IMG/VR virus record: IMGVR_UViG_3300028833_000099 | DNA: 64,000 bases | Strand: one strand, 5' to 3' | Source of the DNA: a virus | Lineage: Duplodnaviria > Heunggongvirae > Uroviricota > Caudoviricetes | Shown here: positions 19,873 to 30,756 of the stretch, piece after piece | Layout: every line of letters begins with the position of its first letter | Numbering within the stretch: the first letter of the stretch is position 1 | Position numbers and translations under genes: made by a program | The notes under the pieces: generated by a model | What the model saw: the letters and a program-made list of their open reading frames with translations, nothing else | The model's database searches: none | Told to the model about the DNA's origin: nothing

Positions 19873-20829
19873 TTATTTTATTAATTCTAACGGATACATA
19901 AATTTAGCCAATTCGTGGTCATAGTAGAAAACTAAATCTGATGGCGTTATTTCCATCCCATTGAGTAGTTTATACACTTGTGGGTAATAAGTGTCAGGAA
20001 CGCAATGTAAAGTGTGTTTCCTGCCATTTAAATAATCTTCTTTAATATATGCCGTGACAATTCTGTCAGAAACTCCACGTTTGAAGTCTTGAGACATAAG
20101 TTTAAATTTATTAACTCTAAATCGGAATCCCATAAACTCTTCGTTAGTAACAGCAAGTTTTTTAAATTCCTCTTCTGTACCCAAGAACTTGAGAATAATT
20201 TCATCAGTCTTGATAGAGTAGAGTTTCATTTTATCATCAAATCTTTCGGCAAGTTTCTTTGCAAACTTATTAGATATTAATTTCTCAATGGCAGATGTCC
20301 TTTTACCGTTAAGTTTACCAAACAGCATTTGTCTAAGTTGTTTTGCGTGTTTGAAATACTCTATGTCAGTGAATTTCTCGATAAACTCTTCATAGGTATC
20401 ACAATCCTTTACAATTGCTGGGTCTGCATAATTTAATGCTTGGAAGTTTGCCTTAATCATGTCATAAGACACAAAAAAACAATTACACTGTTCCTTCGTA
20501 TAAAGCTCTGGAGAACCTACAATTGGTGTCTCTGAAGCTATCTCACTCTTAGCACCATTAAATGCCTTGTAAGCCTCGGAGTTGAGTATATAGGCTAATA
20601 TTTGGTCTTCTATATTATGCCGATACTCAAGGAATTTCTGCATATTACCGTCAAATTTATCCCTAACAGTTTCTAACAAGGTGAGATATTTTGTTTTTGC
20701 CCCACAATCATCCTCAAGTAGTGTTATATGCTCGTCAAAATAAGGCGATTGAACTACTTGGATAGGCAAATTGAAATCTTTAACAAATTTACTTCTAAAT
20801 TGTTTGAGTAACAGTGTATTTTCAGCCAT
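19873..20829 (-). CDS. hypothetical protein
   Basis: 318-aa ORF. Confidence 0.45.
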   Translation of the reverse strand: MAENTLLLKQFRSKFVKDFNLPIQVVQSPYFDEHITLLEDDCGAKTKYLTLLETVRDKFDGNMQKFLEYRHNIEDQILAYILNSEAYKAFNGAKSEIASETPIVGSPELYTKEQCNCFFVSYDMIKANFQALNYADPAIVKDCDTYEEFIEKFTDIEYFKHAKQLRQMLFGKLNGKRTSAIEKLISNKFAKKLAERFDDKMKLYSIKTDEIILKFLGTEEEFKKLAVTNEEFMGFRFRVNKFKLMSQDFKRGVSDRIVTAYIKEDYLNGRKHTLHCVPDTYYPQVYKLLNGMEITPSDLVFYYDHELAKFMYPLELIK

Positions 20830-20850
20830 AATCAGTTTACATTTTACGTT

Positions 20851-20905
20851 AATGCAAATATATGAAAAAAACGTGAGACTGCAAAATTATCTCACGTTTT
20901 TTAAT
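20851..20905 (-). promoter_or_regulatory. terminator hairpin + promoter module
   Basis: Hairpin ACGTGAGATAATTTTGCAGTCTCACGT, T-run, then CATATATTTGCAT. Confidence 0.6.
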
Positions 20906-20910
20906 TTTTT

Positions 20911-21681
20911 TTAACCATTATTGATTGAGCATTCAAAAATGGTAACTAAATCATTTGGTTTGAGACCTTCCACGAATCTAGAATAGAATTCATTTATCCA
21001 TTCTTTTTCATCCCCAGAGGAATCTACGTCAACCCATCCATTTTCATCTGCATAGGCATAGTTCCAATATGAAGTGCTATAGGTGACATAATCCTCTTTT
21101 GACTTGAAATTACTGAAATAGGCTTCTTTATCCTTCATTGATTCGTAAATGGTCTTCTCTTGGTCGTTTTGCGGCTCTCTACCATCTACCACAAGTTCCC
21201 AAGCTGCTTCATATACCTCTTTGTTAGCACCATTCATTGCATCCCAATCAATATCTTTAGCCAATGCACTATATGATTCACTGCCATCTTTTAGTTTAAG
21301 AGGAATGCAGAAATTTCTTCCAATCCTACAAGTATTATATTTGACGTATGGGTTTTCGTCTGATAATGCATCACCATTTTCATCATAGTACATACCATCG
21401 GTAAGTTCTCTGTAGTATTCAAATGGAGATAGTTTTTTGATGGTGTCTAGCCTATCTTCCACAGCCTCTTTGGTTATTGGTAAATCTATTTTGTCAATAT
21501 TTGCTAATATGGTATCAAGTGTTTTAATTGCGGTATCTTGATATTTTTTAGCGTTTAGGTATTTGTATTTTACATGTGGTTCTGTTTTGTATTCAGAACC
21601 ATATTTTTCCACTATGCTTTTAGGGTTTTCACCGACAACCATCAACGAATAAAATTTGCTATTGGTTTGTGCCATTTTCAC
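20911..21681 (-). CDS. hypothetical protein
   Basis: 256-aa ORF, acidic. Confidence 0.45.
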   Translation of the reverse strand: MKMAQTNSKFYSLMVVGENPKSIVEKYGSEYKTEPHVKYKYLNAKKYQDTAIKTLDTILANIDKIDLPITKEAVEDRLDTIKKLSPFEYYRELTDGMYYDENGDALSDENPYVKYNTCRIGRNFCIPLKLKDGSESYSALAKDIDWDAMNGANKEVYEAAWELVVDGREPQNDQEKTIYESMKDKEAYFSNFKSKEDYVTYSTSYWNYAYADENGWVDVDSSGDEKEWINEFYSRFVEGLKPNDLVTIFECSINNG

Positions 21682-23089
21682 CTCCTACATTTGTTGTTAA
21701 TTGCGCTAACTCTTGCTGCGCTAACTCTTGCAATCTTTCATAAACCTCTGTTCTCTCAGCAGTTGCTATATTATCTTCAGCTATAGCATAACGTCCAGGT
21801 TGTTCCCAATAATGTACCACACTAGGACCAAAATACGGTACTCCATTCATTTCATCAGCATTACCGCCAATCTCTTGCGCTGTTTCAATATTTGGATTTG
21901 CCATTTCAAAATCTTCCTCCACTTCTCTTTCTTCATTATCTTCAGCAGGACCATCTTCATCAGTTTCTTCATCAGCATTGCCAAAAATAGCATCATTAGT
22001 AAAAGCATCCCTAAAATGCCCTATTGTTGATGAAACGGTATAATAACTTTTTTTATCTATCGAAAATTCATTTTCTTTAAGCTGTTTAGAAAAGTCGATG
22101 TTAAAGTAGTCTGCTGCTGCGTTATTAAAGTTGAAAAACTGAAACGGGCACAATGACTGAAATAAAATGTCGTTAATTACGGATTGATTGGATTCATCAA
22201 ACCTACTATAAGTCCAGATATAAGGTTTGCTTTTACTTTCAATCATTCTATTATATATTTTATCCATTACCACTCTTTCATCGTTAAGGTCATTTAAAAG
22301 AGTCTTATCTTTTGTGACCCAAGGGCTTTTCTTGAAAGCGTTTGTTCCTGGATATGCGAATGATGGCGAACTAGGCGTAATAATACAAGATATTTTATAT
22401 TCGGAAAGTATTTCATTTAACCCATCTTCATCAAATCTCATACGTTCATTTACCCAAAACATTTTTTTACCTATTCTTTTTTCTTGCTCAGATTTCCAAA
22501 GCCTATCCAATGAAACTTGACCACCGATACATAAACAGTTGAATTTGTTTAGTTTAACCACAGAATAATCTTGAATAGTTTTCACATTACTAAGATTAAG
22601 TAATTCATCCGTAAAATATTTGGGGTCATCATTACCTCTCACAAATAGGATATGCGTGTTATTATCGGCTAACACATCATTTAGCATATTAAATTTGTCA
22701 TAATAATATTTCAAATCGTTTTGACCAAATGTATTTGAGCCATTGACAATTAATACTGCGTTATCTAAAGAATAGCCACAATATTTTGGATGTTTGCTCA
22801 TTTTGTTTACATACCTTCTAATGGTATTGCCATGTTGGTCACGAGGTTGTGGAATACCGCCACCTATGCCAAATGGGTTGTGTATACCACCAAATAATGA
22901 TTGGGTCTCTTCTTCTTGTTTTCTTCTAATCCTTTCTTGTCTTTCTATTTCTTTTGGGTGCTGCTCAACTTTATATTTACTTATGTTGGTTAGACTTCCA
23001 ACAATCATTTTAACAAAACGGTCAACGTTCCCATTAATGCTTCCGCATATTAAACAAGTCTTGATTTTACCATAATCATAAATTTTCAT
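21659..23089 (-). CDS. hypothetical protein with degenerate calcineurin-like signature
   Basis: 476 aa. LICGSINGN and LFVRGNDD resemble the GDxHG/GNHD blocks but lack the metal-binding His residues. Confidence 0.4.
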   Translation of the reverse strand: MKIYDYGKIKTCLICGSINGNVDRFVKMIVGSLTNISKYKVEQHPKEIERQERIRRKQEEETQSLFGGIHNPFGIGGGIPQPRDQHGNTIRRYVNKMSKHPKYCGYSLDNAVLIVNGSNTFGQNDLKYYYDKFNMLNDVLADNNTHILFVRGNDDPKYFTDELLNLSNVKTIQDYSVVKLNKFNCLCIGGQVSLDRLWKSEQEKRIGKKMFWVNERMRFDEDGLNEILSEYKISCIITPSSPSFAYPGTNAFKKSPWVTKDKTLLNDLNDERVVMDKIYNRMIESKSKPYIWTYSRFDESNQSVINDILFQSLCPFQFFNFNNAAADYFNIDFSKQLKENEFSIDKKSYYTVSSTIGHFRDAFTNDAIFGNADEETDEDGPAEDNEEREVEEDFEMANPNIETAQEIGGNADEMNGVPYFGPSVVHYWEQPGRYAIAEDNIATAERTEVYERLQELAQQELAQLTTNVGGENGTNQ

Positions 23090-23119
23090 AACAAATTAGG
23101 TTTTAATTGTTTAACATAA

Positions 23120-23225
23120 AATTTTCTTTTTGCAAAGATATGTTTTTTTTTCTTAAAAAACAAATGAAAAGATAAAAAAAATGAGTGATGAAATTATTTT
23201 TTTTTCTTTATTCATCACTCATTTT
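23120..23225 (-). promoter_or_regulatory. terminator hairpin + promoter module
   Basis: Hairpin AATGAGTGATGAA...TTCATCACTCATT with T-runs, then ACATATCTTTGCAAAAAG. Confidence 0.55.
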
Positions 23226-23233
23226 GATGTTAA

Positions 23234-25294
23234 TTATGCTTTTGTAAGCTCTAATTCTAATTCCTCTTCTTCTGCTAAAGCACCTACTTTCTCAGTAGTA
23301 TACTTTCCGAATATTGAGTCAGTTGGCTTTATGTATTCGTCCAAGTTAATACCGAATTCTTTTGCCAAACTTTTATCCTCTTTTCTTATTTTCAAATCTG
23401 GTCGTTGTCCAAGAACTTTAAGTGCCTCAAGGTTGTTGTTTCTGATACAATTACCAACTGCTGTGCAATCAAAATCGTTAACAACGTTTACATCAACGTT
23501 TTTATTGGAAACTAGCTCTTTTACAATCCATACCTCATTTGTGTACTCACAAGCAGTATTAAGAGCGCAATCGTTATTGATGTCTTTTGCTGCAAGATTA
23601 AAGTTTTTACTAGAAAGGATTGACTTAATCATATTAGTCAATATCTTGTTATCCTCTTCTGAACTTGCAACCTCATCACTTCCATGCAAATAGATTAATG
23701 ACTGAAGCAAAGTTTCGCCAAAACCATCCTCAATTTGTGAGTTGAATCCATCACAATTAACAATAGTGTCAAAAAGTTTGAACATTTTGTTAGTTATTGC
23801 TGAGAAAACAGGGATTCTCTGGTTAAATTCGTAGTTAACATTAATATTACCACGTTCTTTCTCAATCAACTTGATAGCCCCAATCTCATCGTTCTCATCA
23901 ATGAGTTTGTGAAGAAGGATTGATGGGTCAATTGCCTCACGATTTAGATACTTATCCGTAGAAATACCAATTTTTGATAAATATCCTTCTTTTGAAATTT
24001 CAGCACCAAAAATGTCATACATCACAGACAAAGACAATGTGCCATACATATCCTTGCGATATTGCATTGCAATAAGTGACCTTTCATTGTTTATTGGGAG
24101 GTTAAAATCCATAAACAAATAGGTTTTGTTGTTATTGTCAATGGAGTTGAAATTGTTGGTTTTGATGAAAGTCTTTTTAACAAAATCATTGAACACTCTA
24201 GAGTTAAGGACATTTATAATCAAACGTCCATCACCCTCATATGCAATAGCAAATGATTCTGGAGATTTTTTGACCATTGCTATCATATCGGTAATGTTCC
24301 AAGAGAATCCTAGTTCTTTAGGCAAACGCATGAAAGTGCTCATTTTAATGCCGAAATTATCGAACACATTATAAATACTTAGATTTTCGTTGCCTTGTCT
24401 ATAAGGATTAATCATTGAATAGTTATGGCAAGTTTGTGCTTCAACAATGCCAGTTCCACCCTCAACAGTAAAACCAATGTGTGCAAATGCATCACTTTCT
24501 TTTCTGCTAAAGTCGAACAAGAAATACTGACTACGATTCGCCTTACTTGTTACATAACTCTTGAAATACGACTCTTCACGAGCGATACACCAACCAGTAC
24601 GTCCATTACCGCATAGTTTATGACTAGATTGGAACGATGGAACATAAACAACTACACAAGGACCTTCGTTGAAAACCACTTCGCAGTCTTTTGCATTGTG
24701 TTCTATATAAGCAAGAAGGTCTTCTTTACCCTCTTTCCAATCATAAGTTCTATTGAGGCAATCTAGAATTGCTTGATGGAGTGATGCAGCGTTTTTAAGA
24801 GCAGAACTACTGCTGTAGAACTTGTTCTTAATATTCATAGGTTTTTTATTGAACGTCTTGAAAACATCATACCATTTCTTAATGTTTGCATTCTCATACG
24901 CCTCAATTGGAGTATATTCCTTACCCAAAATAGATTCAGTCAGAATCTTTTTCTGCTCTGTATTGAAATGAGAGATAATATTCTTAACAAAAGCAATACG
25001 CTCAAGACCCTTAATCTCTTTAAGTAATTGGGCAACTCCACTTTTATTAGAGTATGATACAACATTCTTCTTTTCGAGCTTGTTAATCATGTTACTGTTG
25101 GTAGTAATCCAAGTGTGAATGGTTTCCAACTCTTCAAAGGTCATTGACTGAGAGAATATCATTCTAACAGCCCAAATCTGGTAATTTGACTGACCATCGA
25201 ACATTTCACATACTTTAATAAATAATTTGTTAGTCTCTGGATTGATGCCATACTTATCAATCAAAGGCTGCATCTGTTTTTTATTATAAGTCAT
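23234..25294 (-). CDS. large hypothetical protein (paralog 1) with C-terminal ankyrin-like repeats
   Basis: Start trimmed to MTYNKK (ATG at 25292-25294), downstream of the promoter at ~25328-25345. Shares DKYG(I/L)NP, WAV, NT.QKK, TxWCI and Q(Y)(F/M)(L/I)FDFS blocks with ORF 25630..28110. Confidence 0.55.
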   Translation of the reverse strand: MTYNKKQMQPLIDKYGINPETNKLFIKVCEMFDGQSNYQIWAVRMIFSQSMTFEELETIHTWITTNSNMINKLEKKNVVSYSNKSGVAQLLKEIKGLERIAFVKNIISHFNTEQKKILTESILGKEYTPIEAYENANIKKWYDVFKTFNKKPMNIKNKFYSSSSALKNAASLHQAILDCLNRTYDWKEGKEDLLAYIEHNAKDCEVVFNEGPCVVVYVPSFQSSHKLCGNGRTGWCIAREESYFKSYVTSKANRSQYFLFDFSRKESDAFAHIGFTVEGGTGIVEAQTCHNYSMINPYRQGNENLSIYNVFDNFGIKMSTFMRLPKELGFSWNITDMIAMVKKSPESFAIAYEGDGRLIINVLNSRVFNDFVKKTFIKTNNFNSIDNNNKTYLFMDFNLPINNERSLIAMQYRKDMYGTLSLSVMYDIFGAEISKEGYLSKIGISTDKYLNREAIDPSILLHKLIDENDEIGAIKLIEKERGNINVNYEFNQRIPVFSAITNKMFKLFDTIVNCDGFNSQIEDGFGETLLQSLIYLHGSDEVASSEEDNKILTNMIKSILSSKNFNLAAKDINNDCALNTACEYTNEVWIVKELVSNKNVDVNVVNDFDCTAVGNCIRNNNLEALKVLGQRPDLKIRKEDKSLAKEFGINLDEYIKPTDSIFGKYTTEKVGALAEEEELELELTKA

Positions 25295-25387
25295 GTTTAA
25301 TAAAAGAATTAAATTTGTTTTTTCCGTTTGTTTGTGCAAATATATAATAATTTTTCTACTCTACAAAATTTTTTATGTTAATAAAAA

Positions 25388-25576
25388 TTAAAAGAAAGAA
25401 AAATATATTGTCCATGAGATAATGATTATTATCATCATTATAAATGAATAAATTGCACTATTTTTTGTTTCATCTTCGTTGAAGGCGATGACCCTGACTG
25501 CTTTACTGAATTTATCGTTTATAAAAAAAACGGTAAATGCAATAGCAATAAACAACGTAAATGTTTTCATCATCAA
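25388..25576 (-). CDS. small membrane protein
   Basis: 62 aa with two hydrophobic helices. Confidence 0.3.
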   Translation of the reverse strand: MMMKTFTLFIAIAFTVFFINDKFSKAVRVIAFNEDETKNSAIYSFIMMIIIIISWTIYFSFF

Positions 25577-25629
25577 AATGAATTAAAAATGTGGTGTGTA
25601 AATACCTTACACACCACTTATTTTTTTTT

Positions 25630-28110
25630 TTAGAATGGTGCGTCAATTACAAATCTTGAAACGTTTGCCGTAGTTACAAATGCGCTAGAATTGCGAGAAA
25701 TGAAATCTTCATGCTCTTTCTTTGACTTTAAAGCACTTTCATAGACTGGTTTAATCCATTCATACTTATCAGCAAGTTTTTTAATTGCTTCTTGCATTTC
25801 TTCATCACCATATCTAACGAAATAGTTAACGATATATGACGGTGAATCCTTTTTACTAGACATATTCAAATTATTAAGCATCATAAACATGAACTCTTTT
25901 ATAAGGCCTCCACTAAGGCCTGAGTTGAAAATGTTACTCAATAATTTTACATAGGCGATATTGAAATCCATTTTGTTACTGTTGTTTTCACTACCCAAGA
26001 TACGTTTTATCAAAAGATAATAGCCGACATAGATGACATCATCACGATTAGGTATCTTTTCGTCATAGAACAGATGTATTCTCTCTTCACTAGGTTTTTC
26101 AAGAATCCCATTCCTATACAACTGTCTAGCAGCACTTTTCAGATAGTTAAACAAGTTCTTCAGTAATTCAGCAATATGTGAGGAATCCATATACTCTACA
26201 AGATAATGACCGTTGTCATATATCAAATCTAGATAATCGAAAGACAAATAATCTACAAGTGACGAATTGATGTAGGAATAGTTATTTCCGATGTCAAAAT
26301 ATTCATGCATTGCCCTGTGCAAGCAATTTTTATCAACCTTTATGCATTCCTTTAACATCTTAGTATTAAACGATGTATAAGCATTCCTTACTTTTTTGTC
26401 AATGTCATCAGTCCTTCTGATAATATCGTAAGGTACGCCAAACTCAATCAGCTTGCCATCGAAACTAGCACGTGTCTGGGTAGATGACTCATTGAATACG
26501 TTGCTTGGGTAATCTTCCCCACAACCACCGTCGTATATTATGGTAAACAGCAATTTATTTGAATCATATTGGCTGATAGAAAAATCGGCAAATATGATGT
26601 GCTGTAGCTCATAATCATCTGACGAAATATTATCCATATAGGCATCACCTAACAAATATTTGATGTTCTCATCACGGACAGAGAGTACTAGTTTATCTCC
26701 ATCGTGTTTGATTATGTCAACATTGTTTTTATCAACGCATTCGTAAAGGTACGACATGAAATGGTCATAATCCCACTGATATTGAGGTCTGTCATAATGT
26801 GCAACAAGTGTTATGTCAATACCACAATTTTGTAGCACACTATATATGCTATTCCTACCGTTAAATCTAGCCAAATATGATTTGAGCATAATTGCGTTAG
26901 GATTGTTACCAGCATCCATTAGATTGTCGTTAATGAAATTATGCGCTGATGTAATGCCTTTGTTGTGCGTGGTTGTAAATCCAATAATGGATAGTTTATC
27001 ATCCTCTAACTTTGAGAAATCAAATATCATATACTGGGTAGATTTACCATGAGTGTTACCGACATATTGATTCCAATATGTTTTGTTTTTAGAAATACAC
27101 CAGTTAGTAGTCTTACCCAACTGTTTTATCGTGTCGTAGTCATCAACTTTAACCAAGACTACATAATCGTTTTCAAATATTACCTTGTAATTAATTCCCT
27201 CTACATTATTGATGAAATCCATAAAGGAATCTTTGTTCCAGTCAAAATGAACACTTGTCACATGCCTCATCTGACGCATAAGTTCATTGAAATCATCAAT
27301 CGTGGATACTTTCTTAATGAAGTTTATCTTTTTTATCTCTGAAAGTTTAGAGAATCTTGCAAGGGTTTTTTTATCGGTATCAGATAATTCGTTGTTTCTC
27401 AACAATTTTTTCTGAACCGTGTTAAATTCGTTAATCGCATCGCCAACTCTCTTCTCATTCCTTAATACTGACAGCTCTTCCATAAGGTCGTTTATGTTAC
27501 TCTGTGTAGTATACGCAGTTATTGTACCCTTAGAAAGTTTCTTAGTCAATTGTTTATAGTATTCATTCCATAATAAGATATTATGTATGGTTCTCATAGA
27601 GCAATGCGCCTTGAAGTATACATCAACAGCCCACTGGAAAAAATTCTTAGAGCCATCGGTATATATGTACAATCTCTTGCATTGTATATCATTTGGGTTT
27701 AAACCATACTTATCTGAGAGGCTTTTAATCATTTTTGCATTTTCTTTCAAAAATGCTTGATAATCCTTATCAAATGATTTTGGCAATAGAGTGATTTCAG
27801 TCAAAACATTAGCATAATCGCCAAACCCATTTGATGTTTTACTAACCTCTAGTAACCTAGGATGGTTAATGCATTGTAAATCATTCGCAATCTCTTTCGA
27901 AAGACTAGCCAAAGCTGAAGTTCCGAAGTTGTGATTATTAAACCAATTATTGAAAATGAACATTTTTTCACCAATCTGTGAATTTGGGTTTGTCTTTAAA
28001 ACCTCACAAATGTCAAAACCATGTTCTCCAGCCCTAACTAAAATCTTTCTAAGAGAGTAATCAGACACCCTAAACAAGTGTCTGATTCCTCTTATATTAG
28101 TACCTATCAT
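25630..28110 (-). CDS. large hypothetical protein (paralog 2)
   Basis: 826 aa. Its central region is paralogous to 23234..25294. Confidence 0.55.
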   Translation of the reverse strand: MIGTNIRGIRHLFRVSDYSLRKILVRAGEHGFDICEVLKTNPNSQIGEKMFIFNNWFNNHNFGTSALASLSKEIANDLQCINHPRLLEVSKTSNGFGDYANVLTEITLLPKSFDKDYQAFLKENAKMIKSLSDKYGLNPNDIQCKRLYIYTDGSKNFFQWAVDVYFKAHCSMRTIHNILLWNEYYKQLTKKLSKGTITAYTTQSNINDLMEELSVLRNEKRVGDAINEFNTVQKKLLRNNELSDTDKKTLARFSKLSEIKKINFIKKVSTIDDFNELMRQMRHVTSVHFDWNKDSFMDFINNVEGINYKVIFENDYVVLVKVDDYDTIKQLGKTTNWCISKNKTYWNQYVGNTHGKSTQYMIFDFSKLEDDKLSIIGFTTTHNKGITSAHNFINDNLMDAGNNPNAIMLKSYLARFNGRNSIYSVLQNCGIDITLVAHYDRPQYQWDYDHFMSYLYECVDKNNVDIIKHDGDKLVLSVRDENIKYLLGDAYMDNISSDDYELQHIIFADFSISQYDSNKLLFTIIYDGGCGEDYPSNVFNESSTQTRASFDGKLIEFGVPYDIIRRTDDIDKKVRNAYTSFNTKMLKECIKVDKNCLHRAMHEYFDIGNNYSYINSSLVDYLSFDYLDLIYDNGHYLVEYMDSSHIAELLKNLFNYLKSAARQLYRNGILEKPSEERIHLFYDEKIPNRDDVIYVGYYLLIKRILGSENNSNKMDFNIAYVKLLSNIFNSGLSGGLIKEFMFMMLNNLNMSSKKDSPSYIVNYFVRYGDEEMQEAIKKLADKYEWIKPVYESALKSKKEHEDFISRNSSAFVTTANVSRFVIDAPF

Positions 28111-28121
28111 AAATTGTTTTG

Positions 28122-29540
28122 TTAGAATTTAATTTCATTACTAAATTTATCATTGATAACCTTTTCGAATTCACTGAATTCTACTTTAGACTTTTCGCAC
28201 AAAGCCTTAACCGCCTCAAGAACATCTTCTTTGATGCCAAGGATATGTGAATCATAGCGATTAACAATATACTTGACTGTTTCAAACTTGAGTTCATCTT
28301 CTTTCTTTGTAGTGGTTGTGGTAGTTGTACGAGTAGTCTGGCTAGCGAATCCATAATTGCTCCTACGGCAGTTATCTCCAAGGTCTCTAAGCAATTCAGT
28401 ATCGTCAGTTGTGATACACTTGTATGTACCATCAGCGTTGCGCTTGTACGTATTATTTGTACGGTTAGTCCAACTGCTAGTGCTCTTGAGTTTATGCTCT
28501 GTGCAGCCAATGTTATCAACAAGGTCAATACCCATACCGCAAGCACTATCCATATCCTCTATAATTGTATACTCCGTAGGAGAGTGAGGATTATAGCCAC
28601 CGTTACCAAAGTTCATACATATAATATCCGTTTTCTCACGAATATTCTTCACATCGGTATAAGGCTCAGAGAAGAAACATCCTTTAGTAAGACCCCAACG
28701 GTCGCATACGCTTTTCATATGCTTTGTGTAGAAATCATAGCTAAAGAGTTTAACACTGCTACATGCCCAAGCAGCACGATAAAGTTCTGGAGAGTCGAAT
28801 CCAATAACGTAACCGACATTTTCAAACCATTCTTTATCCAAATTATCAGAGCCGTGACATCCAGTTTCCTCATCCAAGAAGAAGCAAGCCTTGAGTTTAT
28901 CTACATAATTGAACATGGTCAAACAGATGCAGACACCACCCTTGTCATCAGCACCAATACCAATAGATGCTCCACCATTCGAGTCAACACTAATTTTATG
29001 GTCTCCCTCCTTAGTTCTCTCTGTTTTAATATCAAGAGGAACGCCAGCATAGATATATGGGTCTTGTCTATCTTGAACAGTGTCCAAGTGGGAAGTTACA
29101 CAAGGATAAAATTCTCCCTCTGCAAGTTCACCCTTTGTGAGGTAAATGTTACCGAAGTCATCGAATTCATAGGTAATGTTATTCTTTCTAGCCCATAACA
29201 TAATGAATGTAACCATACGATACTCTTTCTTAGAATGAGTTGGTACAGCCATGCACTCATATACGAATTCTTTATCCAAGTAAAGGAGTTTCATATCATC
29301 ATCCCTTGGGTCTTCTGGAAGCGTCTCCTTTACATCTTCATTGGACTTTGACTCAGTTGAGGAATTAGCATTGTTGTCGGTAGCAACAGTGTTAGAAGAT
29401 GTTTTCTTTTCATCTTTATTCTCTACATTCTCGTTAGAGTCATTTTCATTTGTTTTTACCTCTTGCGTAGGAACATTTTCCTCATAAGGTGTGTTGGCAA
29501 CAACATTGCCATTCTCATTTAAAGTCTTTGAGTCAGCCAT
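28122..29540 (-). CDS. M20/M28-like metallopeptidase (tentative)
   Basis: VTSHLDTV and GADDKGGV resemble the H-x-D and G-x-D-D-K-G metal-binding blocks. Start trimmed to MADSK (ATG at 29538-29540). Confidence 0.45.
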   Translation of the reverse strand: MADSKTLNENGNVVANTPYEENVPTQEVKTNENDSNENVENKDEKKTSSNTVATDNNANSSTESKSNEDVKETLPEDPRDDDMKLLYLDKEFVYECMAVPTHSKKEYRMVTFIMLWARKNNITYEFDDFGNIYLTKGELAEGEFYPCVTSHLDTVQDRQDPYIYAGVPLDIKTERTKEGDHKISVDSNGGASIGIGADDKGGVCICLTMFNYVDKLKACFFLDEETGCHGSDNLDKEWFENVGYVIGFDSPELYRAAWACSSVKLFSYDFYTKHMKSVCDRWGLTKGCFFSEPYTDVKNIREKTDIICMNFGNGGYNPHSPTEYTIIEDMDSACGMGIDLVDNIGCTEHKLKSTSSWTNRTNNTYKRNADGTYKCITTDDTELLRDLGDNCRRSNYGFASQTTRTTTTTTTKKEDELKFETVKYIVNRYDSHILGIKEDVLEAVKALCEKSKVEFSEFEKVINDKFSNEIKF

Positions 29541-29634
29541 TTCTATTATTGTTTTAATAAGTTTTCGCAAAGATATAAAAATTTTTTAATTAAACAAATT
29601 ATTGATATTAATTTTAACTTTCTTTAACTCGGAT

Positions 29635-29880
29635 TCATTCTATTATCGCACATCTTACTAATGGTGAATGTTTGATTTTAGGTTCAATCTGAATTCTTCT
29701 TTCTTTTCTTTTACCAATTGTAATATCCTTTTCTTTACAGTCTTTAGTGGCAACATTAACGCCTATCTTATACCCAAGTTCTTTTATGAGACTAACTCTG
29801 AATTCAATCTCTTTGACGTGGGTAATAAAATAACAAATGTCTCTAATATCTCTATTTACATTTTTTACTTTCTTACGCAT
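29635..29880 (-). CDS. hypothetical protein
   Basis: 81-aa ORF. Confidence 0.35.
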   Translation of the reverse strand: MRKKVKNVNRDIRDICYFITHVKEIEFRVSLIKELGYKIGVNVATKDCKEKDITIGKRKERRIQIEPKIKHSPLVRCAIIE

Positions 29881-30235
29881 TGTGCAACACAGAATTTAAA
29901 AGTTTCTTTTTGTCATGCGGAGAAAGTTTAAACCATTTACTTGAGAAATGAGACAAACCAAATTCTCGTTTAATTTTGGTTTTATCTACATTTGCTAAAG
30001 AGTCGTAAGTTCTAATCAATTCACCTTTAAGTAAAATATTTTTTTGCTGGTTTGTTAATCCATCAAATCTATTTGCCCAATCATTAGATGGCAAGTTGTA
30101 TTTTACAAAAATGTGTTTATACTTATAACTTGCGTGTATTCTTTCTTGTATGGTTTTTGAGTTCCACTTATCGCATGCTTTTCTCTCTATTATTGTATGA
30201 GATAGAATATTACTGACGTTTTCATTTTCATTCAT
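29873..30235 (-). CDS. hypothetical protein
   Basis: 120-aa ORF. Confidence 0.4.
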   Translation of the reverse strand: MNENENVSNILSHTIIERKACDKWNSKTIQERIHASYKYKHIFVKYNLPSNDWANRFDGLTNQQKNILLKGELIRTYDSLANVDKTKIKREFGLSHFSSKWFKLSPHDKKKLLNSVLHNA

Positions 30236-30237
30236 TT

Positions 30238-30756
30238 TTAATCGTTCTTCTTTAAAACATGGAAGCAGAACTGAGTTCCATTACCTTGCAACATTGATTT
30301 GTAATAGGTTCGCCATTCCTTTTCATCAAACTCTGGAAAAAATGTATCTCCATCATCATCATCTTCCACAATAGTTAACCTTAACTCGTTGACAAGGTTT
30401 CTCTCCATAAACTGACGGTATATCTCACCACCACCGATTACGAATAGTTCCTTATCAGAGAAAAAAGCGTTACACAATTCGATAACGTCATCAATTGAGT
30501 TTACAATGTATACGTTATCGTATTCACCACTTACTCCAAAATCTCTAGAAGTCGTAAGAATAATGTTTATCCTATCTTTCAGAGGCACACCATTGGGAAG
30601 GGATTCGAAAGTTTTTCTACCCATAATGACAACTCCATTATGTTTAGTCATCCTAGCAAAATTATTAATATCGTTATCTATCCGATACAATAATTTACCA
30701 TTTTTTCCAATTACTTGTTTTCGATTCATACAAGCAATAATAATAAATTTAAGCAT
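30238..30756 (-). CDS. folA: dihydrofolate reductase
   Basis: IIACMNRKQVIGKNGKLLYRI, VIMGRKTFESLP and FVIGGGEIY are classic DHFR blocks. The start was chosen at MLKFIIIACMN to avoid overlap with the upstream gene. Confidence 0.85.
   Translation of the reverse strand: MLKFIIIACMNRKQVIGKNGKLLYRIDNDINNFARMTKHNGVVIMGRKTFESLPNGVPLKDRINIILTTSRDFGVSGEYDNVYIVNSIDDVIELCNAFFSDKELFVIGGGEIYRQFMERNLVNELRLTIVEDDDDGDTFFPEFDEKEWRTYYKSMLQGNGTQFCFHVLKKND

Noticed and set aside
21659-23089. Annotating ORF 21659-23089 as an active metallophosphatase
   Set aside because: Only a degenerate resemblance to the GDxHG/GNHD motifs, with the metal-binding histidines replaced. The similarity is possibly fortuitous.
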